A stretch of DNA of 64,000 nucleotides from Acidimicrobiia bacterium (GTDB taxonomy: Bacteria > Actinomycetota > Acidimicrobiia > Acidimicrobiales > JANYDT01). The stretch is taken from contig JANMYF010000055.1 of NCBI GenBank assembly GCA_031381685.1, forward strand, positions 1,589 through 65,588. The letters run 5' to 3'. Shown here piece by piece: positions 1 to 8,872 of this stretch (positions are counted from its first letter, which is position 1; each line of letters opens with the position of its first letter). The notes under the pieces were generated by a model. That model was not told where the DNA came from, made no database searches, and saw nothing but the letters and a program-made list of their open reading frames with translations. Position numbers and translations under genes: made by a program.

Positions 1-304
1 TACGTCGGTGGTGACATCAGCGGCGGCGCCCACGACGGTGTGCAGTTGGTGTTCCGTCCATTGGTGGGCCGACCGTACCGGACGCCGAATCCACGCCTGT
101 TCCTCTGCTCAGCGTCCACGCCACCGGGCGGGGGAGTGCACGGGATGTGCGGGTTCCACGCCGCACACGTAGCCCTGCGAGGTCCTCTCGCCTAGGCGCG
201 ACACAGGCCTGGTCCGTTCGACCCACTCGCTGCCTCGCGCCGACCGAAGCCGCTCGGCCAGGGATCGACGAGGCTCAAGGCGACGGTTCCATCGGCCGAT
301 CGTC

Positions 305-2944
305 ATGGCCATGGGATTGGGTGAGCATGGACGCTCCGTGGTCGACGCACCGTCGACTCTGCGCCCTGCCGCGTCTGCTCCGCCAAATCACGGCGCCAGA
401 CGCGTGGCGCTGCTGACGCTCGGCCTCTGGGTCGTTTCGGCGGTTGCGGTGCTGGCGCTCACGGGATCAGAGCACTGGCGTGAGCCGACCCGCTGGCCTT
501 GGTGGCTTGCCGTGCCAACCCTGGCGCTGATGTTCGCGGCCGCGGAGATCTTCGTCGTGCATCTCCATGTTCGAGGTGAAGCGCACACCTTCGCCCTCCG
601 TGAACTCCCCGTCGCTCTGGGGCTGTTCTTCGCCTCGCCCTTCGTGGTCATCGGCACACAGATCGTCGGCGGAACGCTGGCGCTGCGGCTTCACCGCAAG
701 CAAGGACCGCTCAAGCTTCTGTTCAACACGGCCGCGTTCGTGGCTGCGGACATCCTGTCGATCGGGTTGTTCCGATACCTTGCGCCTGATCGGGCGCCGA
801 TCGACGAGATGGTGCTGATCAGCGGCTCGGTAGCGCTTCTCGCCGGCTCGATCCTTTCGGTCTTCCTCGTGTTCCTCGCAATATCGCTCGCCACCGGCGC
901 CTGGCGGCTGTCCGAGCTCACCGCCGGCGTCCGCTTCGCGCTAGTGACGAACATCTTCACCGTGAGCCTCGGGGCCATCGCCGTGATCGTGGTGGACGCA
1001 CAGCCCTGGCTCTCGGGGTTGCTCGTGGTTCCGACCGGCGGCATCTACCTGGCGAACTGGGCCTACACCACGCAGCGCCGACGCCACGAGGGCCTCGAAT
1101 TCCTCTACAGCTCGACCAAACTGCTGCACGAGTCATCAGACCTGGAATCGGGGATGACCGAACTGCTCCGTCACGTCCGCGACACGTTCCAGGCCGAAGC
1201 GGCCGAGCTCATCTATCTGTCGGAGGCCACCGATTCGCCGGTCTGTGTTCGGGTCGGTCCGGGGGAACTGGTGCAGGCGTTCGGCACGCTCGACGACACC
1301 CATCATCTGCTCATCGGTCTCCTCGAATCCCGACACTCGTCGATTCTTGACGCCACCGTTGCGGGGGAGGCTGGTCAGGGCGGTGAGTTCCTCCGACAGC
1401 GTGGCTACAACGACGCAATGATCATCCCCCTCATCGGTGAGTCACGGCTCATCGGCGGCCTGGTCGTTGCCAATCATCTGAGCGCGGTCGTGGGATTCGA
1501 CGTGAACGATGTCCGTCTGGCCGAGACGCTGGCCAACCACACGGCGATCGCGCTCGAGAATGGCCGTCTCGAGCAGTCACTCGCTCAGCTGCGGGTGATG
1601 GAAGGCCGACTGACCTTCCAAGCGACCCATGATCCGCTGACCAACCTCGCCAACCGCTCCCTGTTCCGATCCGAGGTCCAGGAGGCAATCGACTCGTGTG
1701 CACCAGCGCGGGGCGCGGCGATGTTCATCGATCTCGATGATTTCAAGACCGTGAACGACAGCTTCGGCCATGCCACCGGCGATTCCCTGCTCATCGAGGT
1801 GGCGTCGCGGTTGAAGGGGTGCGTGAACCCGACCGAGACCGTCGCGCGCCTCGGCGGCGACGAGTTCGCCATCCTTCTTCCGAATGCCGAACACGGCGAA
1901 GCCGTCAACGCTGTGGCCCAACGAATCCTTGACGCGCTCGATGATCCGGTACGTATCGGCGACCTGCGCCTCCAGGTTCGCGCCAGCGTCGGCGTCGCCC
2001 TCATGGACCCGGGAACGGACGCCACGGCTCTCATGCGCAACGCCGACACGGCGATGTACATCGCTAAGGCAAAGGGCAAGGGCCGCTCCGTCACGTTCTC
2101 GTCGTCCATGCACGAATCGACCCTGCATCGCTACAACCTTCGAACGGAACTCGAAGAGGCGCTGACCCGCGGCGAACTCTCCGCCGTCTACCAGCCGATC
2201 GTGACGCTGGCCACCAACGAGTTGGTCGGTGCCGAAGCCCTGGTGCGCTGGAACCATCCTGCGCTCGGTTACCTCGAGCCTGATGTGTTCTTGGGTGTCG
2301 CGCAGGATTCGGGACTGATCGCCGCGCTCGACATGGCGGTGCTCGACCTCGCCTGCGCCTGGGTGGCGCGAACCGACACCACAGGCATGGGTGTTCCCTG
2401 GGTCTCGGTGAACATCTCCCCTCGGAGCTTCCGGGAACCCGGTCTCGTCGATCGGATCAGCTCGGCCCTCGGGCGAGCCGGGCTGGTGCCTTCACGTCTT
2501 GTCATCGAGATCACCGAAGACCTCGTCGCCGAAGATCTCGATCACGCGGTCGAGGTGCTCCGTCAGCTCAGCATGGTCGGTGTGGGCTTGGCCCTCGACG
2601 ATTTCGGGACGGGGTACTCGTCGCTCAGTCATCTGCGGATGATGCCGGTCGACACCATCAAGATCGCCAAGCCCTTTGTGGACGACCTGGAGACGTCGAT
2701 AGATGAGCAGGCGTTCGCGACCGCCATCGTCACCCTCGCCGACAACTTGGGGAAGTTCACGGTTGCCGAGGGCATCGAGCGGCCCGAACAGCTTGATGCA
2801 CTTGTCGCCATGGGTTGCGAAGCCGGACAGGGGTACCTGTTCGCCCGGCCGATGGATGAGACAACGTTTGCCGTGTGGATGCGCCAAACGACCACCCGCG
2901 TCGGTTCTGGGACTGTTGCCGCCGTGCATCGCTCGACGCTCTGA
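305..2944 (+). CDS. GGDEF/EAL-domain protein (diguanylate cyclase/phosphodiesterase) with N-terminal multi-TM sensor and GAF-like region
   Basis: 879-aa ORF. Hydrophobic N-terminal third suggests about 6-7 TM helices. Motifs 'RLGGDEFAILL' (GGDEF), 'GAEALVRWNHP' and 'DDFGTGYSSLSHL' (EAL). Confidence 0.9.
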   Translation: MAMGLGEHGRSVVDAPSTLRPAASAPPNHGARRVALLTLGLWVVSAVAVLALTGSEHWREPTRWPWWLAVPTLALMFAAAEIFVVHLHVRGEAHTFALRELPVALGLFFASPFVVIGTQIVGGTLALRLHRKQGPLKLLFNTAAFVAADILSIGLFRYLAPDRAPIDEMVLISGSVALLAGSILSVFLVFLAISLATGAWRLSELTAGVRFALVTNIFTVSLGAIAVIVVDAQPWLSGLLVVPTGGIYLANWAYTTQRRRHEGLEFLYSSTKLLHESSDLESGMTELLRHVRDTFQAEAAELIYLSEATDSPVCVRVGPGELVQAFGTLDDTHHLLIGLLESRHSSILDATVAGEAGQGGEFLRQRGYNDAMIIPLIGESRLIGGLVVANHLSAVVGFDVNDVRLAETLANHTAIALENGRLEQSLAQLRVMEGRLTFQATHDPLTNLANRSLFRSEVQEAIDSCAPARGAAMFIDLDDFKTVNDSFGHATGDSLLIEVASRLKGCVNPTETVARLGGDEFAILLPNAEHGEAVNAVAQRILDALDDPVRIGDLRLQVRASVGVALMDPGTDATALMRNADTAMYIAKAKGKGRSVTFSSSMHESTLHRYNLRTELEEALTRGELSAVYQPIVTLATNELVGAEALVRWNHPALGYLEPDVFLGVAQDSGLIAALDMAVLDLACAWVARTDTTGMGVPWVSVNISPRSFREPGLVDRISSALGRAGLVPSRLVIEITEDLVAEDLDHAVEVLRQLSMVGVGLALDDFGTGYSSLSHLRMMPVDTIKIAKPFVDDLETSIDEQAFATAIVTLADNLGKFTVAEGIERPEQLDALVAMGCEAGQGYLFARPMDETTFAVWMRQTTTRVGSGTVAAVHRSTL

Positions 2945-2993
2945 CGCTGCGACGCCGTCAACGTCTGTTGCTGTGCCGTAGTTCATGATCGGG

Positions 2994-3112
2994 TGACGGC
3001 GGATTCAGTCGTGAGAGGTGGTGCAGAGGCTCTCGACCCATTCACACGACCACGGAGAGTGACGAAGATGGGTGCGTGGTCATGGATGACCACCCGAAAC
3101 CTGGAGTACCAC
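2994..3112 (+). promoter_or_regulatory. Conserved 5' leader shared by the two S8 protease paralogs (copy 1)
   Basis: About 85-90% nucleotide identity by eye to 5509-5626. Blocks tcgtgagaGgtggtgcagagGctc and gaccacggagagtgAcgaAgAtgggtgcgtggtc. Complementary segments gtggt/accac and gaccacg/cgtggtc. GGAG lies 6 nt before TTG 3113. Confidence 0.4.
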
Positions 3113-4699
3113 TTGCGACACTTCCCCAAGCCTTCGAACGCCCCCTCCGGAGCCACCTGGCTCCGCCACATACTGCGTGGCCCCACGACAGGCCTCGTTC
3201 TCGGCACAATGCTCGCCGGAGCCAGCCTTGTCCCGGCCTTCGGCGCCCAGCCTGCGTCGGCCGCGGGGTACGACCCGGCCGCCGATCCGTACTCGATGGC
3301 CGCGGTCACCTCGATCACGGGAGCCACGGCGTGGTGGAACGCCGGCTTCACCGGCCGGGGCATTGACGTCGCAGTGATCGACACCGGGGTCTCGCCGGTC
3401 CCCGGCCTCGATGCTCCGGGAAAGATCATCCACGGCGCCGACCTCTCGCTCGAGTCGCAGGCCCCGAACCTCACCCGCATGGACACCAACGGCCACGGCA
3501 CGTTCATGGCCGGGCTCATCGCCGGGAAGGACGCAGCTCTCACGGCGCCGTATGCGAACGCTCCGGCCAGCGCGTATCGCGGGATGGCTCCCGACGCCCG
3601 CATCGTCAACGTCAAGGTAGGCACCGCTGACGGAGGCGTCGACGTGACCCAGGTCATCGCCGCGATCGACTGGGTCGTCCAGCACAAGAACGACAACGGG
3701 ATGAACATCCGCGTCCTCAACCTGTCCTACGGGACGAACTCGTTGCAGAATGCCGAGGCCGACCCGCTCTCGTTTGCCGTCGAGCAGGCCTGGAAGCGGG
3801 GCATCGTCGTCGTGGCCGCGGCCGGGAACAGCGGTTACCAGCGGGGCAAGGGTGCTCCTGGCCTGGCCAACCCCGCCTACAACCCGTTCGTGATCGGTGT
3901 CGGTGGCTACGACACGATGGGCACGGCCCTCCCCAACGACGATGTCATGGGCGTCTACTCGGCGAGCTCAACGGGATGCGGGGCCAAGTGCAAGAACCCC
4001 GACTTCGTTGCCGTCGGTTCGCACCTCCAGGGCCTTCGGGTCCCCAACGGGTACCGGGACGTGACGAGCCCCGAGGGCCGGATCGATGCCCGCTACTTCC
4101 GGGGTTCCGGTACCTCGCAGGCCGCCGCCATCGCCTCCGGCGCGATCGCCCTGATCCTGCAGAAGTACCCGAACCTGACCCCGGACCAGGTCAAGCGCTT
4201 CATCGCCAACAACGGCAAGAAGGTTCCGGGGGCCGATAGCCAGGCCCAGGGTAGCGGCGAGATCGACCTCGCCACCCTCGCCGGCAAGACCCCGGCGGCC
4301 TTCATTCAGACGTTCGCCCCGGCCAAGGGCGGCGGCACGATCGAAGACGCCCGCGGGTCCGATCACCTCACCGCCGACGGCGTCACCCTCACCGGCGAGA
4401 AGGACGTCTTCGGGCGGCCTATCGACACCAAAATACTGGCTCTGGCACAGGCCGCAGGATCATCGTGGTCCGGCGGCACGTGGAACGGCTCCACGTGGTC
4501 CGGGTCATCCTGGTCCGGCTCGTCATGGTCCGGGTCCAGCTGGTCGGGTTCCTCGTGGTCGGGCAGCTCGTGGTCAGGGTCGTCGTGGTCCGGTTCGAGC
4601 TGGTCGGGCTCCTCGTGGTCGGGAAGCTCGTGGTCGGGCTCCTCGTGGTCAGGCAGCTCATGGTCGGGAAGCTCCTGGTCCGGCGGCTCCTGGAACTGA
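3068..4699 (+). CDS. Secreted subtilisin-like serine protease (peptidase S8) with C-terminal Trp-pentad repeat tail
   Basis: Catalytic triad motifs 'VAVIDTGV' (Asp), 'HGTFMAGLIAG' (His) and 'GSGTSQAAAIASG' (Ser). Signal-like 'GLVLGTMLAGASLVPAFGAQPASA'. Start is ambiguous: ATG 3068 has GGAGAG upstream; TTG 3113 has GGAG 6 nt upstream and aligns with the ATG of the paralog. Confidence 0.9.
   Translation: MGAWSWMTTRNLEYHLRHFPKPSNAPSGATWLRHILRGPTTGLVLGTMLAGASLVPAFGAQPASAAGYDPAADPYSMAAVTSITGATAWWNAGFTGRGIDVAVIDTGVSPVPGLDAPGKIIHGADLSLESQAPNLTRMDTNGHGTFMAGLIAGKDAALTAPYANAPASAYRGMAPDARIVNVKVGTADGGVDVTQVIAAIDWVVQHKNDNGMNIRVLNLSYGTNSLQNAEADPLSFAVEQAWKRGIVVVAAAGNSGYQRGKGAPGLANPAYNPFVIGVGGYDTMGTALPNDDVMGVYSASSTGCGAKCKNPDFVAVGSHLQGLRVPNGYRDVTSPEGRIDARYFRGSGTSQAAAIASGAIALILQKYPNLTPDQVKRFIANNGKKVPGADSQAQGSGEIDLATLAGKTPAAFIQTFAPAKGGGTIEDARGSDHLTADGVTLTGEKDVFGRPIDTKILALAQAAGSSWSGGTWNGSTWSGSSWSGSSWSGSSWSGSSWSGSSWSGSSWSGSSWSGSSWSGSSWSGSSWSGSSWSGSSWSGGSWN
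4460..4696 (+). repeat. 15-nt-period coding tandem repeat, 16 x (S-S-W-S-G)-like pentads
   Basis: 79 C-terminal residues 'SSWSG GTWNG STWSG (SSWSG)n GSWN' with one Trp every 5 residues. Ser and Gly codons vary between units. Confidence 0.95.
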
Positions 4700-4730
4700 A
4701 CGAGACCGTCGACCCGTCTTCGACAAAATG

Positions 4731-4758
4731 AAGGAGCCGGCCGCAAGGCCGGCTCCTT
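4731..4758 (+). terminator. Stem-loop downstream of S8 protease 1 (putative terminator)
   Basis: Perfect 12-bp stem aaggagccggcc/ggccggctcctt with a GCAA loop, about 30 nt after the stop codon. There is no long T tract. Confidence 0.55.
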
Positions 4759-4851
4759 CGCCGTTCATGCGCTTTCGGGTGCCGAATCGCAAGATCGGTG
4801 CGAACGTGTTCATCGCCCGGCTTCAGCAGCGGAAGTGTACGGTCGCGGGCC

Positions 4852-5445
4852 ATGCACTCGTCAGAACGAATCGCCTGGATCGACACGATCACCGAAGACG
4901 CAGCCGAGGGTCTGCTCCAAGAGCTCTACGACGCGGAACGCGACAAGTCCGTTGGTGCTGTCGACAACATTCTGAAGGTGCATGCGCTCCACCCCGGGAC
5001 CATGCGTGCACATATCGATCTCTACCGGACCGTGATGTATGGGCGCTCCGGCGTGACCCGCATCGAGCGGGAGATGATCGGTGTGACGGTCTCCAAGATC
5101 AACAGCTGCCACTACTGACTTGCTCATCATGCGGCCGGTCTCGTCCGCCTTTGCAAGGACGTCGCTCTCGTACGCGCGCTTATTGATGACCTCGAGTCAG
5201 CAGAGATCACCGACCGTCAACGCGCCATCCTCGCCTACGCCGTTGGCTTGACGGTCGCCCCGGGCGCAATGATCGAAGACTCACTTGCTCCGCTGCGCGC
5301 GACAGGCCTGTCGGATCGTGACATCCTCGACGTCAACCAGGTCACTGCATACTTCGCCTACGTGAACCGGGTCGCCGATGGCCTCGGCGTGGTGACCGAT
5401 GCCTACGCCCAGGACGCGTACCGCGCCATCGTCGGAACCGACTGA
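4852..5445 (+). CDS. AhpD/carboxymuconolactone-decarboxylase-family peroxidase-related protein with in-frame TGA (candidate selenocysteine, CxxU) at 5116-5118
   Basis: ORFs 4798..5118 and 5248..5445 share one frame, and TGA 5116-5118 is the only stop between them. Readthrough gives '...VSKINSCHY[TGA]LAHHAAGL...', matching the family C-x-x-C/His motif. Start ATG 4852 ('MHSSERIAWID'). Confidence 0.6.
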
Positions 5446-5508
5446 ATGGGCACAGGGGCCAGCGCGCCCGCCCGAACGGCCAGGTAGCGCGGCCCGAGCC
5501 TCAACGAC

Positions 5509-5626
5509 TGACGGTTCGTTCGGTCGTGAGATGTGGTGCAGAGTCTCCCGACTTATTGAGGTGACCACGGAGAGTGGCGATAGTGGGTGCGTGGTCGCGG
5601 AAGATCACCGAAACTTCGGAGCACCT
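5509..5626 (+). promoter_or_regulatory. Conserved 5' leader shared by the two S8 protease paralogs (copy 2)
   Basis: Aligns with 2994-3112. It has a 1-nt length difference in a C run and an in-frame tga relative to copy 1, so the reading frame is not conserved. GGAG lies 6 nt before ATG 5627. Confidence 0.4.
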
Positions 5627-7192
5627 ATGCCTCACTTCCCTCGTGTCACCAATGCCCCATCCGGAACCACATGGCTCCGCAACGCGTTGTGTGGACGCTC
5701 GACGACACGCCACGTTCTCGGCGCCCTTCTCGCCGGAGCCAGCCTTCTGCCGGCCCTCGGCGCCCAGCCCGCATCAGCGGCCGCCTACGACCCGCTCACC
5801 GACCCGTACTCGATGGCCGCAGTCACCTCCACCACCGGTGCCACGACGTGGTGGAACGCCGGCTTCACCGGCCGAGGGGTCGACGTCGCCGTCATCGACA
5901 CCGGCGTGTCACCCGTCCCCGGCCTCGATGCGCCGGGCAAGATCATCCACGGGCCTGACCTCTCGATGGAATCCCAAGCCCCGAACCTGACCCGCCTCGA
6001 CACCAACGGCCACGGCACGTTCATGGCCGGCCTCATCGCCGGCAAAGACGCCACGCTCACCGCCCCCTATGCGAACGCCCCCGCCACCGCCTACCGCGGC
6101 ATGGCCCCCGATGCCCGGATCGTCAGCGTCTAAGTCGGCCCCGCCGACGGCGGCGTCGACGTCACCCAGGTCATCGCCGCCATCAACTGGGTCGTCGATC
6201 ACAAGAACGACCCCGGCATGAACATCCGGGTCCTCAACCTCTCCTACGGCACGAACTCCACCCTGCCCTACGAGCTGAGTCCGCTGGCGTTTGCGGCAGA
6301 ACGGGCCTGGAAAGCCGGCATCGTCGTCGTCGTCGCCGGCGGCAACTACGGCTTCCAGAACCTCCCAAGTAACGCGCCCGCACTCTCCAGCCCGGGCAAC
6401 GACCGGTGGGTGGTGGCGGTCGGTTCGGCCGACACGATGGGAACGCCGGCCCTCGCCGACGACACCGTTCCCTTGTTCTCCCCCTGGTCCGGGCGAGGCG
6501 CGAATCGGAACGTCGATCTCGTCGCCCCCGGCACCCACACCCAGGGCTTGCGGGTCGCGAACAGCCATACCGATGTGAACCACCCCGAGGGGCTGCTCGG
6601 CACCCGGTACTTCCGGGGCAGCGGAACGTCGCAGTCGACCGCCATCATGTCCGGCGCCGCAGCGCTCATCCTGCAGAAGTTCCCGATGGCCACCCCCGAC
6701 CAGGTCAAGATGCTGCTGATGACGAACGCCCAGCCGATCAACGGAAACTCGAAGGGCTTCGGGTCGGGCGAACTCCAGATGGCAAAGACCCTGAGCACCG
6801 GTCTGCCGAACTTCGTACAGAGCTGGCCGTGGTCGACCGGCACCGGCTCGATCGAACTGGCCCGCGGCACCGATCACATCGCCCGTGACGGTGTCGTCCT
6901 CGCCGGTGAGAAGGACATCTTCGGCAAGCCGTGGACGCCCAACCTGGCCGGGAGTTCCTGGTCCGGCGGGGTGTGGAACGGGTCGACCTGGTCCGGCTCG
7001 AGCTGGTCGGGCTCGTCATGGTCCGGATCGTCGTGGTCGGGGTCGTCGTGGTCGGGGTCGTCCTGGTCGGGATCGTCGTGGTCCGGTTCGAGTTGGTCCG
7101 GTTCGTCGTGGTCTGGCTCGTCGTGGTCGGGGTCGTCATGGTCTGGGTCGAGCTGGTCCGGCGGCACGTGGTCCGGTGGGACCTGGGACTGA
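5627..7192 (+). pseudogene. Subtilisin-like S8 protease paralog interrupted by in-frame TAA (6131-6133)
   Basis: ORFs 5399..6133 and 6218..7192 are in the same frame. '...ARIVSV[TAA]VGPADGGVDVTQVIAAINWVV' aligns with '...ARIVNVKVGTADGGVDVTQVIAAIDWVV' of paralog 1. Asp, His and Ser motifs are all present. Confidence 0.8.
6953..7189 (+). repeat. 15-nt-period coding tandem repeat, 16 x (S-S-W-S-G)-like pentads (paralog 2)
   Basis: 79 residues 'SSWSG GVWNG STWSG (SSWSG)n GTWSG GTWD'. Length and phase are the same as in paralog 1. Confidence 0.95.
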
Positions 7193-7313
7193 CCCGGCCT
7201 GATCTCAAGCGGCTGTTGAACGCGCGCGTATCACTCCAATACGAGCGCGTAGCAACGGTCAGGACGCAGCAACCATCGTCCGTCAACGACAGACCCCGGT
7301 CTCGTCGGTCCGA

Positions 7314-8717
7314 TCAGAGATCCGGGTGCCTGGTGGCGAAGCCGCTGGCTGCCTCAAACCCGGCCCCCGCCGAGAGAAGTGTCGCCTCGGACAGGGCCGG
7401 GCCGATCAGCTGGAATCCGAGGGGAGCACCATCTGCCGTGTGGCCCATGGGAAGGGTGAGCGACGGGACGCCGGCGAGGTTGAACGGAATCGTGTACCGC
7501 ATGAAGCCGGCCGAGTCGACGGGCGACGAACCCACCGACGCCTTCATCTGCGACGCCAGCAGGGGAGCGATGGGGAGGACCGGGGCGACCATCATGTCGA
7601 CCTCCGCGAACATCCGGTGCAGCGCTCCACGGAACTCGCGGCGCCAGATGGCGACGGTGGCGTAGTCGACCGCGGTGGCGGCGCGGCCGAGATCGAGGAG
7701 GTCGCGGTAAGGCTGGCCGTACCGGTCCAGCTCCGACGGGTAGCTCGCGGCGTGGGAGATCGCTGCTTCGGTCGCGGCCGCCGTGACCGCTAGGGGCAGG
7801 ATTGCGTCCACCTCCGGCACCCGAACGTCGACGATGACCGCGCCCTGCTCCTTCAACAGGGCGATGGCCGCGGTGAGGGCCGAGAACGTCGGCCCGTCGA
7901 GGTTCTCCAGCGCGTACGCCTGATCGACTCCGATCCGGACACCGCGCAACTGCGCTGTCCGTACTGCCGATGTGCAGTCACCCACCGGTTCGGTCAATGA
8001 CGTGACATCGAGTGGATCGGACCCGGCCATCGCTTCGTACAGCAACGCAACGTCGAGGACCGAGCGCGCCATCGGACCGACGTGATCGAACGTATCGGAA
8101 AGCGGGAACACGCCGTGGCTGCTCACGCGGCCCCACGTCGGCTTCAGACCGACCAGATGGTTCGCGGCCGAGGGAAAGCGGATCGACCCAGCGGTGTCGG
8201 TGCCGACCGCTCCGTAGGTGAGGCCGGCCGCAACCGACACACCTGAGCCACTCGAGGACGCACCCGACCAACGATTCTCGGCCCAGGGGTTGACCGGCAC
8301 GGCGACATCGGGATGATGCGTACCCCACGCGCCTTCCGTCAGCTGCGCCTTGCCGATGATGATGGCACCGGCGTGCTGCAGTTTCGTCACCACTGTGGCG
8401 GTGTCGGTGGACGAGAATCCGGTCGAGAAGAACCCGCCGGCACGCGTCGGCGTGCCGACCATCGCGCACAGATCCTTGACCGCGACCGGGACGCCGTGCA
8501 GAGGGCCGAGACTCTCGCCGCGGGCGGTGCGCGCATCAGCGTCTTCTGCGTCACGCATCGCCTCCTCGGCCCGCACCCACGCGAACGCGTGCAGGCGCGG
8601 ATCGAGCCGCGTTATGCGATCGAGCGCATGTTGCGTGACCTCGACGGCAGACAGCGCGCCCGAGCGGATCTCGGCCGCCACATCGGACAGGTGGCGGTAG
8701 TGAAGTGCCTCGGCCAT
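7314..8717 (-). CDS. Amidase (amidase-signature family)
   Basis: Motifs 'GVPVAVKDL' and 'SGASSSGSGVSVAAG'. Start trimmed to 'MAEALHYRHL'. Confidence 0.85.
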   Translation of the reverse strand: MAEALHYRHLSDVAAEIRSGALSAVEVTQHALDRITRLDPRLHAFAWVRAEEAMRDAEDADARTARGESLGPLHGVPVAVKDLCAMVGTPTRAGGFFSTGFSSTDTATVVTKLQHAGAIIIGKAQLTEGAWGTHHPDVAVPVNPWAENRWSGASSSGSGVSVAAGLTYGAVGTDTAGSIRFPSAANHLVGLKPTWGRVSSHGVFPLSDTFDHVGPMARSVLDVALLYEAMAGSDPLDVTSLTEPVGDCTSAVRTAQLRGVRIGVDQAYALENLDGPTFSALTAAIALLKEQGAVIVDVRVPEVDAILPLAVTAAATEAAISHAASYPSELDRYGQPYRDLLDLGRAATAVDYATVAIWRREFRGALHRMFAEVDMMVAPVLPIAPLLASQMKASVGSSPVDSAGFMRYTIPFNLAGVPSLTLPMGHTADGAPLGFQLIGPALSEATLLSAGAGFEAASGFATRHPDL

Positions 8718-8872
8718 TCGTTTCGCCTTTCGTACGCGACGCCTGGGAGTGGCGCGGCGTGTTGGCGCCAGCTTGTTGAGTTGGCGAGACGTCGACAACG
8801 AGGCGTCAACCCGACACACATCGCTCCGGTCCGCGCGGCGCCGGCCGAGCGGGAGCGGAGCAGGTGGTGCGG

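Noticed and set aside
1-195. Possible 3' end of a plus-strand gene entering from the left edge (frame 1 is open to TAG at about 193-195).
   Set aside because: There is no recognisable motif, the GC3 signal is ambiguous, and competing frames on both strands look equally plausible. I cannot support it.
3085-3112. Possible ydaO/c-di-AMP riboswitch in the S8 leaders ('CACCCGAAACC..GGAG', 'ACGGAGAG', 'GGGUG'). A second partial match lies upstream of the L,D-transpeptidase (49548-49579, 'CCGAUCGGACGG..CCUCG').
   Set aside because: The highly conserved CAGCUAAC box, the GGGGA..CCC element and the GGGGUGAAUC element I recall for that class are absent. In the ldt case the 5' half would also fall inside the rnd coding sequence. 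I also saw no GEMM-type c-di-GMP riboswitch features, despite the neighbouring GGDEF/EAL gene.
4460-4696. A regularly spaced short repeat that could superficially look like a CRISPR or other array.
   Set aside because: The period is only 15 nt with no spacers. It is in frame within a CDS and no cas genes are present. It is a coding tandem repeat.
4363-4746. Minus-strand ORF encoding acidic 'PDHE(E/L)PD' repeats. A twin lies at 6874..7167.
   Set aside because: It is the reverse complement of the SSWSG repeat of the S8 proteases. The protease frame continues from a recognisable catalytic domain, so the antisense ORFs are artefacts of the repeat.
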